Shown: piece by piece, positions 27,153 to 36,291 of the stretch
How positions within the stretch are numbered: position 1 is the stretch's first letter
Layout: each line of letters starts with the position of its first letter
Source: an uncultured Bacilli bacterium
Lineage (GTDB): Bacteria > Bacillota_I > Bacilli_A > RFN20 > CAG-631
DNA: 64,000 nt
Assembly (NCBI GenBank): GCA_947599835.1
Contig: CANQFQ010000002.1
Coordinates: 35,402-99,401 of the forward strand
Direction of reading: 5' to 3'
The notes under the pieces: generated by a model
The model's input: the letters and a program-made list of their open reading frames with translations, nothing else
The model's database searches: none
Told to the model about the DNA's origin: nothing
Translations under genes and position numbers: made by a program

Positions 27153-29369
27153 ATGGAATATCATACAAGTAAAACATTTCAAGATGTTCTTTTACAAATG
27201 AAAACATATATTCATAATCAAGAAGATATTGACTTTGTCTTATCTGCTTTTGATTATGCTTCAAAACATCATTTTCAACAATTTAGAAAATCGGGAGAAC
27301 CCTTTATTAACCATTGCATTGAAGTGACCTATATTCTTGCAACGTATCAAATGTCGCCCACTACTTTAGCTTGTGGATTGTTGCATGATGTGATTGAAGA
27401 TTGTCAAGTCACTTATCAAGAATTAAAGGAAAAATTTGGGGAAGAAGTAGCGAATATTGTAGAAGCTGTGACAAAAATTCATCGTTTGCCTTCTGTTAAT
27501 TTGGAAGAAAGTACGGCCGCTACGCATCGAAAATTAATTCTTGCCATGGCAAAAGATGTGCGGGCGGTAATTGTTAAACTAGCCGATCGCTTACATAATA
27601 TGCGTACATTACAATTTCATACCCCTGAAAAACAAAAAAAGATTGCCCAAGAAACCTTAGAAGTTTATGCGCCATTAAGCCATCGCTTAGGGATGAATGA
27701 ATTAAAAAATGAACTCGAAAATCTTTCTTTTTATTATTTAGATCGCGAAAAATATGTAGAAATTGAAAAATTAATTCATGAAAAACTAGCGCATAGTGAA
27801 AATGGAGTGGATTTGTTGATTAGTGATATTTCTAAATTACTAGATCAACGCCATTATCATTATCGTATTTTTGGTCGTACAAAACATATTTATAGTGTCT
27901 ACAAAAAAATCTATGTCAAGGGCGTGATGTTTGAACGTATTTTTGATTTACAAGCGATTCGAATTATCACGGAAACCAAATTACAATGTTATGAAATTTT
28001 AGGTTTAATTCATGAAAAATATGTTCCTATTCCTGGACGTTTTAAGGATTATATTGCGATGCCAAAACCAAATCTTTATCAATCGCTTCATACAACCATT
28101 TGCGATAGCAATGGAAATTTATTCGAAATTCAAATTCGGACCAAAGAAATGGATCGCATTGCCGAAAATGGTGTGGCTGCGCATTGGATTTATAAAGAAA
28201 GTTCCGCTAGTAAAGATGCTTCGAAGAAGCAAAAATTAACTAGGGAACAATTCGCTTGGTTAAACCAATTGATTAATATGTATGAAGAAAATCCTGATAG
28301 CAGTGATGAAGAGTATATCAAACAAGTTCAAAAAGATATTTTTGAAGCCAATGTTTACTGTTTAACGCCTAAAGGAAAAATTGTGGATCTTCCACAAGGC
28401 GCCACCCCGATTGATTTTGCTTACCACATTCATACCGAAGTTGGAAATCGGGCCATTGGTGCACTAGTAAATAAAATGATTGTCCCTCTAAATACCGTTT
28501 TAAAAACGGGAGATGTTGTCGAAATTAAAACTTCGAAAAATATGATTGGTCCTAGGTCAGATTGGCTAAAATTTGTTAAAACGAATAGCGCACGGTCGCA
28601 AATTAAAAAAGCTTTAGCTAAAAAAGAAGCACAAGAACATGATGAAATTAATGAAGGATATTATAAACGGGGAGTTCAATTACTTGAAGATGTTATTGAA
28701 ACCAAACAATTCAATAAAGAAGAAATTTTTGATTCTTTAGAACAAATCAGCATTTTAAATTATTTCAATGCGAAGAGTGCTCGAGATTTAATCATTGATG
28801 TCGGAAAAAAAGTCTTTTCAGCACAAATGGTGGTCAATCAATGTAGTGATTTAAAACCAAATTTAATTGTTCAAATCAATCAATTAGTCAAAAAAATGCA
28901 TGTTTCTTCCGAAATGAAAAATAATCCATCGGATATCAAAATTAAGGGCATTGATGGAATTAAAGTAGAACCTGCCAGTTGTTGTAAGCCAATTCCTGGC
29001 GATATCATTATAGGATATATTACGCGGGGAAATGGCGTTAAAGTGCATCGTAAAAATTGTCCAAATATTTTACACGAAAAAAAACGCTTGATCGAAACAT
29101 CTTGGTCGGATACTTTAACTTTAACGTATTATCCGGTAGATTTAGATATTTTAGCGAATGATAGAAAAGATTTAGTGCTAGATTTATTAAGTTTAATTTC
29201 GAGTACCAAAATTCGGATTGATAATATTAATGCGAAATCGCATTATGAAAACAAAACAGCGACCATTTCTTGTACTGTTTATGTTTCAGATGTCAACCAT
29301 TTAGAAACTTTAATTTCGAATTTGAGTAAAATTACTGGAATCTTAGAAGTGAATCGAGTATTCCATTAA
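27153..29369 (+). CDS. relA: bifunctional (p)ppGpp synthetase/hydrolase Rel (RelA/SpoT family)
   Basis: 738 aa; HD hydrolase domain, RelA_SpoT synthetase domain, TGS and ACT C-terminal domains; follows apt as in Bacillus. Confidence 0.92.
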   Translation: MEYHTSKTFQDVLLQMKTYIHNQEDIDFVLSAFDYASKHHFQQFRKSGEPFINHCIEVTYILATYQMSPTTLACGLLHDVIEDCQVTYQELKEKFGEEVANIVEAVTKIHRLPSVNLEESTAATHRKLILAMAKDVRAVIVKLADRLHNMRTLQFHTPEKQKKIAQETLEVYAPLSHRLGMNELKNELENLSFYYLDREKYVEIEKLIHEKLAHSENGVDLLISDISKLLDQRHYHYRIFGRTKHIYSVYKKIYVKGVMFERIFDLQAIRIITETKLQCYEILGLIHEKYVPIPGRFKDYIAMPKPNLYQSLHTTICDSNGNLFEIQIRTKEMDRIAENGVAAHWIYKESSASKDASKKQKLTREQFAWLNQLINMYEENPDSSDEEYIKQVQKDIFEANVYCLTPKGKIVDLPQGATPIDFAYHIHTEVGNRAIGALVNKMIVPLNTVLKTGDVVEIKTSKNMIGPRSDWLKFVKTNSARSQIKKALAKKEAQEHDEINEGYYKRGVQLLEDVIETKQFNKEEIFDSLEQISILNYFNAKSARDLIIDVGKKVFSAQMVVNQCSDLKPNLIVQINQLVKKMHVSSEMKNNPSDIKIKGIDGIKVEPASCCKPIPGDIIIGYITRGNGVKVHRKNCPNILHEKKRLIETSWSDTLTLTYYPVDLDILANDRKDLVLDLLSLISSTKIRIDNINAKSHYENKTATISCTVYVSDVNHLETLISNLSKITGILEVNRVFH

Positions 29370-29381
29370 GGAGGTAAAAAG

Positions 29382-30644
29382 ATGGCCAATTATACACGAT
29401 GTCGTGGAACCTTAGATATTTATGATAAGCAAGCTTCTTTAATTCAAAAAGTAGAAAGGGCTTGTCAAAAAATTGCGCATCAATTTCATTATAGCTATAT
29501 TCAAACCCCAATGTTTGAATCGAGTGAATTATTTACACGTAGTAGTGGAGAAACAAGCGATATTGTAACCAAAGAAATGTATACATTTTTAGATAAAGGA
29601 AATCGGAGTATTACTTTACGACCTGAAGGAACCGCCGGTGTCATTCGGGCCATTATCGAAAACAAATTATATGCGACTAACGATTTACCCTTAAAATATT
29701 ACTATTCAGGTTCATTTTTTCGATATGAACGTCCACAAGCTGGAAGATATCGTGAATTTATGCAATTTGGGGTCGAAGTCGTAGGAACGCAATCTTATTT
29801 AGATGATGTTGAAACGATTTTATTTATCGTGGCTATTTTAAAAGAATTAAATTTAAATGAATACACCATTAAAATGAATAGTTTTGGAAATGAAATTTGT
29901 AAAAATCGTTATCGGGATACTTTGAAAAATTATTTTTGGCAATTTAAAGAACAACTTTGTGAAGATTGTCAAACCCGCTTGCAAGTGAATCCTTTACGTG
30001 TATTAGATTGTAAAGTGGATCATGACTTTTTCAAAACGAAAGAGATTCCTACGGCTGTATCTTGTTTAGATGCCCAAGCACAAGAAGAATTTGCTTTGGT
30101 TCAAAAAATTTTAACACAACAAAAAGTTCCTTATATTGTCGATCATCAATTAGTTCGTGGACTGGATTATTATACCGGATTAATTTTTGAAATCGATATT
30201 CAAGCTGTTGATGGTAAGGTGTATACCATTGGTGGAGGGGGTCATTATAGTAATCTTGTAAAAGAATTAGGCGGTCCTGATTTATCTTGCGTAGGTTTTG
30301 GATTAGGAATCAATCGACTTGCTTTAATTTTACAAGAACAATATCAAGACAAATCAATGGACACGACACCATCAATTTATATCATGCCATTATGTGAAGA
30401 TGCTATTTTTATTGCCATGGATATGGCTAAACAACTTCGTGAACACGATTATGTTGTCACCATTGAAAATGGTAAGAAAAGTGTTTCTTCCATGTTTAAA
30501 TATGCTTCAAAAAAACAGTTTAGTTATGCCATTGTCATTGGTGAAAATGAAATCAATGCGAAAAAAGTTAATCTAAAAAATATGCAAACACAACAACAAG
30601 AAATGGTTGCTGTAGATGAAGTTTTAAATGTTTTAAGGGGGTAA
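29382..30644 (+). CDS. hisS: histidine--tRNA ligase
   Basis: 420 aa class II aaRS with HisRS motifs (…LRPEGTAGVIRA…, …GGGHYSNL…); only 12 nt after relA, no T-box leader. Confidence 0.92.
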   Translation: MANYTRCRGTLDIYDKQASLIQKVERACQKIAHQFHYSYIQTPMFESSELFTRSSGETSDIVTKEMYTFLDKGNRSITLRPEGTAGVIRAIIENKLYATNDLPLKYYYSGSFFRYERPQAGRYREFMQFGVEVVGTQSYLDDVETILFIVAILKELNLNEYTIKMNSFGNEICKNRYRDTLKNYFWQFKEQLCEDCQTRLQVNPLRVLDCKVDHDFFKTKEIPTAVSCLDAQAQEEFALVQKILTQQKVPYIVDHQLVRGLDYYTGLIFEIDIQAVDGKVYTIGGGGHYSNLVKELGGPDLSCVGFGLGINRLALILQEQYQDKSMDTTPSIYIMPLCEDAIFIAMDMAKQLREHDYVVTIENGKKSVSSMFKYASKKQFSYAIVIGENEINAKKVNLKNMQTQQQEMVAVDEVLNVLRG

Positions 30645-30648
30645 TCAT

Positions 30649-32385
30649 ATGCAATTAAAGCACCGGACACATCATAATAATGAATTGCGTTTGACAGATG
30701 TAGGTCAAATTGTAGAATTAAAAGGATGGGTCGCTAAAAAAAGAAATTTAGGCTCATTAGTTTTTATTGATTTACGCGATAAAGAAGGGATTACACAATT
30801 AGTTTGTGATGAAAAATTCGAAAAAATCACTACAAAAATTAGAAATGAATATGTGATTTATGCTAAAGGAAAAGTCATTGAACGAACAGCTAAAAATCCA
30901 AATTTAGCCACTGGTGATATTGAAGTAGAGGTTGAAGAATTACAAATTATCAACACTTCTGAAACGCCTCCAATGATTATTGCAGCGGAAACGGATGCTT
31001 TAGAAGAGACACGATTAAAATATCGTTATTTGGATTTAAGACGTCCACAACTTCAACAAGCACTCAAATTACGGTATGAAATTACTAAATCGATTCGAGC
31101 TTATTTTGATGCTCTCAATTTTATTGAAATTGAAACACCGATTATTGCTAAAACAACACCAGAAGGGGCTAGAGATTATTTAATTCCAAGTCGTGTCAAT
31201 AAGGGAAAATTTTATGCTTTACCTCAATCTCCACAAATTTTTAAACAATTATTAATGGTGGCTGGATTTGAAAGATATTTTCAAATTGCTAGATGTTTTA
31301 GAGATGAAGATCTAAGAGCGGATCGTCAAATGGAATTTACTCAAGTGGATTTTGAAGTGAGTTTCTTTGAAATTGAAGAATTTTATGCTTTAGTTGAAGG
31401 ATTGTTTGTCAAAATCATGAAAGATATCAAAAATATTGATTTGAAAGTACCTTTTCAACGACTTACATGGCATGATGCGATGAATCGTTATGGCAGTGAC
31501 AAGCCGGATTTACGTTTTAAAATGGAATTAGTCGATGTCAGTGATATTTTTAAAGACACGACGGTCCCTTTTTTACAAAATGAATGTGTCAAAGCCATCA
31601 AAGTTGAAAAAGGCAACACCATTACACGAAAAGAGATTGATCACTATACCGAACTTGTTAAAAAATATAAGGCTAAAGGACTTTGTTTTGTTCGCATGAA
31701 TCATGGTGTATTAGAAGGTAGTAGTGCAAAATTGCTCACAGAAACCGAAAAAGAAAAATTGATTCAAACGTTAGATTTGCAAGATACCGATTTGGTCTTT
31801 TTTATCAGTGATCAATGGTTAATTACAGTTACAGCCCTCGGTGCTTTAAGAAATGCTTTAGCAAAAAAATTAGACATCATTGATGAAAATGAGTATAATT
31901 TCTTGTGGATAGTTGATTTTCCAATGTATGAATATAATGATGAGGGTGAGTTATGTGCGATGCATCATCCATTCACTTCTTATCGAAAAGAAGATGAAAA
32001 ATATCTTGAAAGCGATCCATTAAAAGTTCGTGCAAATGCCTATGATGTTGTTTTAAATGGGTATGAATTAGGTAGTGGTAGCGTGCGTATTTTTAATCAA
32101 GATGAACAACGCAAAGTGTTTGAAAAATTAGGTTTATCTGATGAAGACATTCGGTATAAATTTGGTTTCTTTGTGGATGCCTTAAAATATGGTACACCAC
32201 CTCATTGTGGCATGGGACTTGGATTAGATCGCATTGCTATGATTTTAAATCATAGTCAATCCTTACGTGATGTCATTGCTTTTCCAAAAAATGCCTCAGC
32301 GATTTGCCCAATGTCTGAAGCACCATCTACCGTAAGTCAAAAACAATTGGATGAATTAGCCATTCAAATTAAAATGGAGAAATAA
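30649..32385 (+). CDS. aspS: aspartate--tRNA ligase
   Basis: 578 aa; OB-fold anticodon domain, class II motifs FRDEDLRADRQ, GLGLDR. Confidence 0.92.
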   Translation: MQLKHRTHHNNELRLTDVGQIVELKGWVAKKRNLGSLVFIDLRDKEGITQLVCDEKFEKITTKIRNEYVIYAKGKVIERTAKNPNLATGDIEVEVEELQIINTSETPPMIIAAETDALEETRLKYRYLDLRRPQLQQALKLRYEITKSIRAYFDALNFIEIETPIIAKTTPEGARDYLIPSRVNKGKFYALPQSPQIFKQLLMVAGFERYFQIARCFRDEDLRADRQMEFTQVDFEVSFFEIEEFYALVEGLFVKIMKDIKNIDLKVPFQRLTWHDAMNRYGSDKPDLRFKMELVDVSDIFKDTTVPFLQNECVKAIKVEKGNTITRKEIDHYTELVKKYKAKGLCFVRMNHGVLEGSSAKLLTETEKEKLIQTLDLQDTDLVFFISDQWLITVTALGALRNALAKKLDIIDENEYNFLWIVDFPMYEYNDEGELCAMHHPFTSYRKEDEKYLESDPLKVRANAYDVVLNGYELGSGSVRIFNQDEQRKVFEKLGLSDEDIRYKFGFFVDALKYGTPPHCGMGLGLDRIAMILNHSQSLRDVIAFPKNASAICPMSEAPSTVSQKQLDELAIQIKMEK

Positions 32386-32386
32386 A

Positions 32387-33508
32387 ATGATTACATTAAA
32401 AGAAGTGCATACAAGAAAAGAATTAAAAACTTTTATTAATTTTCCAGTGAAATTATATAAGGATTGTCCTTATTATACGCCTTTATTAATGATGGATGAA
32501 ATTCATTGCTTAGATCCTAAAAAGAATCCTGCAAGTTCTTATTGTCAATTTAAATTATTATTAGCTTATAAAGATAATCAATTAGTAGGACGAATTTGTG
32601 GCATTATTAATCATTTTGCCAATCAAAAATATCATCAAAAAAGAGTTCGTTTTAATCGTTTGGATATGATTGATGATATTGAGGTTACAAAAGCCTTAAT
32701 TGGTGCTATTGAAGCTTGGGGAAAAGAAAACGGACTTGAAGAAATTAATGGACCTTTAGGCTATAGTGATCAAGATAAGGAAGGATTATTAATTAAAGGT
32801 TTTGATCAACTCAATATGTTTATAACTTGTTATACACATGAATACTATGTTCAACATTTAAAGCAACTTGGATTTATACCGGATGCTTATTGGAATGAAT
32901 ATAAAATTTTTATTCCAAAAGCTATCGATCCTCGGATGGAAAAAGTGGCCCAAAGAGTTGAAAGTCATTATCATCTTCATATGGTTCATTTAAAGTCTAA
33001 AAGACAAATCAAATCTTATGTCATGAAAGCGTTATATTTGGTAAATGAGTGTTATAAAGATTTATATGGTTATGTTCCTATTGATGATGATCAAATTGCT
33101 CATTTAGCCGCACAATATGTGCCATTAATTAATCTAGATTATTTACAATTAGTGGAAACTGAAGATAAAAAAATTATCGGTCTTGGATTAATGGTACCTT
33201 CTCCTGCTTTGGCCGTTAAAAAAAGTAAAGGAAGGTTGTTTCCTTTGGGATGGATTGGATTTTTTAATGCCTTAAAAACATCAAAAGTTCTCGAAATGTT
33301 ATTAGTGGCGATTGATCCTGCCTATCAAAATAAAGGTGTGAATGCGATGATTATGGTCGAAGCAGTGAAAAATGCGATAAAAAATAACATCGAATACGCA
33401 GAAACCGGTCCTGAATTACAAACCAATATTCAAGTGCAAAGTTTATGGAAAACATTTGAAACAGAACATCATAAAGAAAGATGTTGCTTTTTAAAACCGA
33501 TTGACTGA
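32387..33508 (+). CDS. uncharacterised GNAT-fold / FemAB-like predicted N-acyltransferase
   Basis: 373 aa, contiguous with aspS (1-nt gap); family assignment from recall of similar N-terminal motif (FINFPVKLYKDCPYYTPLL); tentative. Confidence 0.35.
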   Translation: MITLKEVHTRKELKTFINFPVKLYKDCPYYTPLLMMDEIHCLDPKKNPASSYCQFKLLLAYKDNQLVGRICGIINHFANQKYHQKRVRFNRLDMIDDIEVTKALIGAIEAWGKENGLEEINGPLGYSDQDKEGLLIKGFDQLNMFITCYTHEYYVQHLKQLGFIPDAYWNEYKIFIPKAIDPRMEKVAQRVESHYHLHMVHLKSKRQIKSYVMKALYLVNECYKDLYGYVPIDDDQIAHLAAQYVPLINLDYLQLVETEDKKIIGLGLMVPSPALAVKKSKGRLFPLGWIGFFNALKTSKVLEMLLVAIDPAYQNKGVNAMIMVEAVKNAIKNNIEYAETGPELQTNIQVQSLWKTFETEHHKERCCFLKPID

Positions 33509-33510
33509 GT

Positions 33511-33540
33511 AAAGAAATCCATTTTTTTGGATTTCTTTTT
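33511..33540 (+). terminator. Rho-independent terminator after apt-relA-hisS-aspS-acyltransferase operon
   Basis: perfect 11-bp stem AAAGAAATCCA / TGGATTTCTTT with T6 loop, followed by T-rich run. Confidence 0.65.
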
Positions 33541-33593
33541 GGTTTTGCTTTTTTTATAGGTAAAAAAAAGTTATAATAAAAAAGGTGATAGAC

Positions 33594-33815
33594 ATGATTG
33601 ACCCGAAATTAATCCAACGTATTAATGAACTTGCAAGAAAAGAAAAATTAACCGATGCTGAAAAAAAAGAGCAAGAAGCTCTCCGAAAGCAATATCTTGC
33701 ACTTTTTCGAATGGGATTTAAAGAACAACTTGAAAATATTAAAGTCATTGATGCAGAAGGTCATGATGTGACGCCAAATAAAATTAAAGAAATGAGGAAT
33801 AAAACTAATGGATAA
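33594..33815 (+). CDS. UPF0291/DUF896 family small protein (YnzC-like)
   Basis: MIDPKLIQRINELARKEKLTDAEKKEQEALRKQYL…IDAEGHDVTPNKIKE matches DUF896 pattern; start ATG 33594 with AAAGGTGA RBS. Confidence 0.7.
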   Translation: MIDPKLIQRINELARKEKLTDAEKKEQEALRKQYLALFRMGFKEQLENIKVIDAEGHDVTPNKIKEMRNKTNG

Positions 33816-35754
33816 TCTATGTATCAACACTTTAAGATGTTTAGCAATGGATGCAATTGATAAAGCAAATTCAGGACATCCTGGTATGGCATTAGGAAGT
33901 GCACCCATTTTGCATACCCTTTTTACCCGGCATATGATTTCAACTCCGGTGGATTCTAAATGGATTCAACGCGATCGTTTTGTTTTATCTTCCGGACACG
34001 TTTCCGCTTTGTATTATAGTTTATTACATTTATGTGGATATCATATTTCATTAGAGGATTTAAAAAATTTTAGACAATTAAATTCTTTAACACCCGGCCA
34101 TCCTGAAGCCACTTTAACTGATGGCGTGGATGTTTCCACGGGCCCATTAGGACAAGGGGTAGCCACTGCAGTAGGCATTGCAATGGCTGAAAGACATTTG
34201 GTAGCGACTTATCCAAATTTGGATGTATTGTCCCATTATACTTATGTTTTATGTGGGGATGGTGATTTAGAAGAAGGCGTTGCTATGGAGGCCATGTCGT
34301 TAGCGGGTTTATATAAATTAAATAAGTTAATTATATGTTATGATAATAACGATGTGACATTAGATGGTCCGCTAGCTCAATCCAATGTGGAAAACATGAA
34401 AATGAAGGCGGAATCCATGAATTGGAATGTCATTGAAGTTAAAGATGGAAATGATATCAATGCCATCGATGCAGCAATTATTGCTGCAAAAAAACAAGCA
34501 GAAAAACCTACTTTAATTATTTGTAAAACCATTATTGGTTATGGTAGTGAACAACAAGGAACTTGTGCGGTTCATGGAGCTCCACTAAAAAAAGAAAAAA
34601 CCGCAAAATTAAAAGAATTTTTAAAAATGCCAGCTAAGGATTTTTATATTCCAGAAGAAGTTAAAAAGTTTTATCAAAATACTTATATTGCAAGAGGAAC
34701 GCAAGCGTACTTAAATTATCAAAATAAAGTGAAATCATTATCAGAAAAGCAACAAAAACAATTGCAAATGATTTTAAAAAATGAAATTCCTATGGAAATC
34801 TTTGAAAAAGTGGCTGCTTATCCTTCTGGATATAGCAATTCCACAAGAAATGTTTCCGGTGAATTACTCAATTATTATTGTGATCATTCTAGTTTACTTT
34901 TTGGGGGTTCTGCAGATGTTGCAAAATCTGTCATGACAGGATTAAAGAATCATGATGATTTTACATGTCAAAATTATGCTGGACGGAATATTAATTTTGG
35001 CATTCGTGAATTTGCTATGGCTTGCATTTGTAATGGTTTTGCTTGTCATGGCGGAATCAAACCTTATTGTGGTTCTTTTATGGTGTTTGTGGATTATTTT
35101 AAAGCAGCCATTCGGATGGCCGCATTGATGGAACTTCCAGTCATTTATTTAATGTCCCACGATAGTATTGCGGTAGGTGAAGATGGACCCACTCATCAAC
35201 CGATTGAACAATTATCTACTTTGAGAGCAATTCCAAATTTAAATACCCTTCGTGTAGCTGATGCTAATGAAACCATAGGTGCTTATCAAATTGCGCTACA
35301 ATCTAAAAAGACCCCAACCGCTATCATTCTTTCTAGACAAAATCTTACCACTTTACCTAATTCTAGTAGCGAAAAAGTGGCTTTAGGTGCCTATATTATT
35401 GCCAAGGAAGAAGAGAAACTAGATGCTATTTTAATCGCGACAGGTAGTGAAGTGGAATTAGCATATAAAGCAAAACTTGCTTTAAAGAGTTATGGCATTG
35501 ATGTTCGAGTAGTTTCGATGCCATCTTGGTATTTATTTGAAAAACAATCGGATGCTTATAAAGAAAGTATTCTCCCTGCACATTGTCAAAAAAGATTATC
35601 CATTGAAATGGCAAGTGAATTTGGTTGGCATAAATATGCAAATCAAACCTTATCGATTCAAGAATTTGGTCGCAGTGGAAAAGCAAGTGATGTCATTGAA
35701 TTTTTTAAATTTAATGTCGACACGATTATTGAAAAAGTTAAAAATATGCTTTAG
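33808..35754 (+). CDS. tkt: transketolase
   Basis: 648 aa, ThDP-binding SGHPGMALGSAPI motif and full transketolase N/pyr/C architecture. Confidence 0.92.
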   Translation: MDNLCINTLRCLAMDAIDKANSGHPGMALGSAPILHTLFTRHMISTPVDSKWIQRDRFVLSSGHVSALYYSLLHLCGYHISLEDLKNFRQLNSLTPGHPEATLTDGVDVSTGPLGQGVATAVGIAMAERHLVATYPNLDVLSHYTYVLCGDGDLEEGVAMEAMSLAGLYKLNKLIICYDNNDVTLDGPLAQSNVENMKMKAESMNWNVIEVKDGNDINAIDAAIIAAKKQAEKPTLIICKTIIGYGSEQQGTCAVHGAPLKKEKTAKLKEFLKMPAKDFYIPEEVKKFYQNTYIARGTQAYLNYQNKVKSLSEKQQKQLQMILKNEIPMEIFEKVAAYPSGYSNSTRNVSGELLNYYCDHSSLLFGGSADVAKSVMTGLKNHDDFTCQNYAGRNINFGIREFAMACICNGFACHGGIKPYCGSFMVFVDYFKAAIRMAALMELPVIYLMSHDSIAVGEDGPTHQPIEQLSTLRAIPNLNTLRVADANETIGAYQIALQSKKTPTAIILSRQNLTTLPNSSSEKVALGAYIIAKEEEKLDAILIATGSEVELAYKAKLALKSYGIDVRVVSMPSWYLFEKQSDAYKESILPAHCQKRLSIEMASEFGWHKYANQTLSIQEFGRSGKASDVIEFFKFNVDTIIEKVKNML

Positions 35755-35778
35755 AGGCATATAAACTGACAAAAAAAG

Positions 35779-35813
35779 ACACCTCCAATCCTTTATAATG
35801 TGATTGGAGGTGT
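35779..35813 (+). promoter_or_regulatory. 12-bp perfect hairpin whose 3' arm is the GGAGGTG RBS of the downstream gene; loop contains TATAAT
   Basis: ACACCTCCAATC (35779-35790) pairs with GATTGGAGGTGT (35802-35813); loop CTTTATAATGT; ATG at 35818. Confidence 0.4.
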
Positions 35814-35817
35814 TATT

Positions 35818-36198
35818 ATGAAGAAAATATTATTTTATCAATTACAACCGGATTTTCAAAATTTATTTGATAATGAATCGGATATTATTGGGAATTTAAT
35901 TGCCAATCAAGAAATTGATACGGCGCGTGAACAATTACATTTCATGTTACAGCCCATCGATTATCAACATATCTTGAATTTAATTGTTCATGAATGTCAT
36001 GATTTACCAGAATTAATCGTTTCTGAAAATGTCATTCACCTAAGTATCAAAAATGAATTTTTTGAACAAATTGTAATTTTTGATTATTATATTTCCTATG
36101 AATTTGATAATGATTACAAAATTTTGTATAAAAAATTGCAAAGAACATTGAAAGATTATCAAGAGTGTAATGAATTAAAAAGTAAAATTATGATATAA
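35818..36198 (+). CDS. hypothetical small acidic cytoplasmic protein
   Basis: 126-aa ORF starting MKKILFYQLQPDF… 4 nt after GGAGGTG RBS; no recognised motifs. Confidence 0.45.
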   Translation: MKKILFYQLQPDFQNLFDNESDIIGNLIANQEIDTAREQLHFMLQPIDYQHILNLIVHECHDLPELIVSENVIHLSIKNEFFEQIVIFDYYISYEFDNDYKILYKKLQRTLKDYQECNELKSKIMI

Positions 36199-36272
36199 AA
36201 ACTAAGAAAATAGAACTGAACCTCTTTTGTTTTTTTTATGAGTTCATATGAAGTTCGTTTTTCTTAGTTTTT
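36197..36272. terminator. nested inverted-repeat region between convergent genes (putative bidirectional terminator)
   Basis: outer 12-bp inverted repeat AAACTAAGAAAA … TTTTCTTAGTTT enclosing inner GAACTGAAC / GTTCATATGAAGTTC pairing and a T8 run. Confidence 0.4.
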
Positions 36273-36291
36273 TATATGCTATACCATTTAT

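Noticed and set aside
29370-29381. Expected T-box leader upstream of hisS-aspS, as in Bacillus.
   Set aside because: Only 12 nt separate relA and hisS, so there is no room for a T-box. The genes must be co-transcribed with apt-relA.
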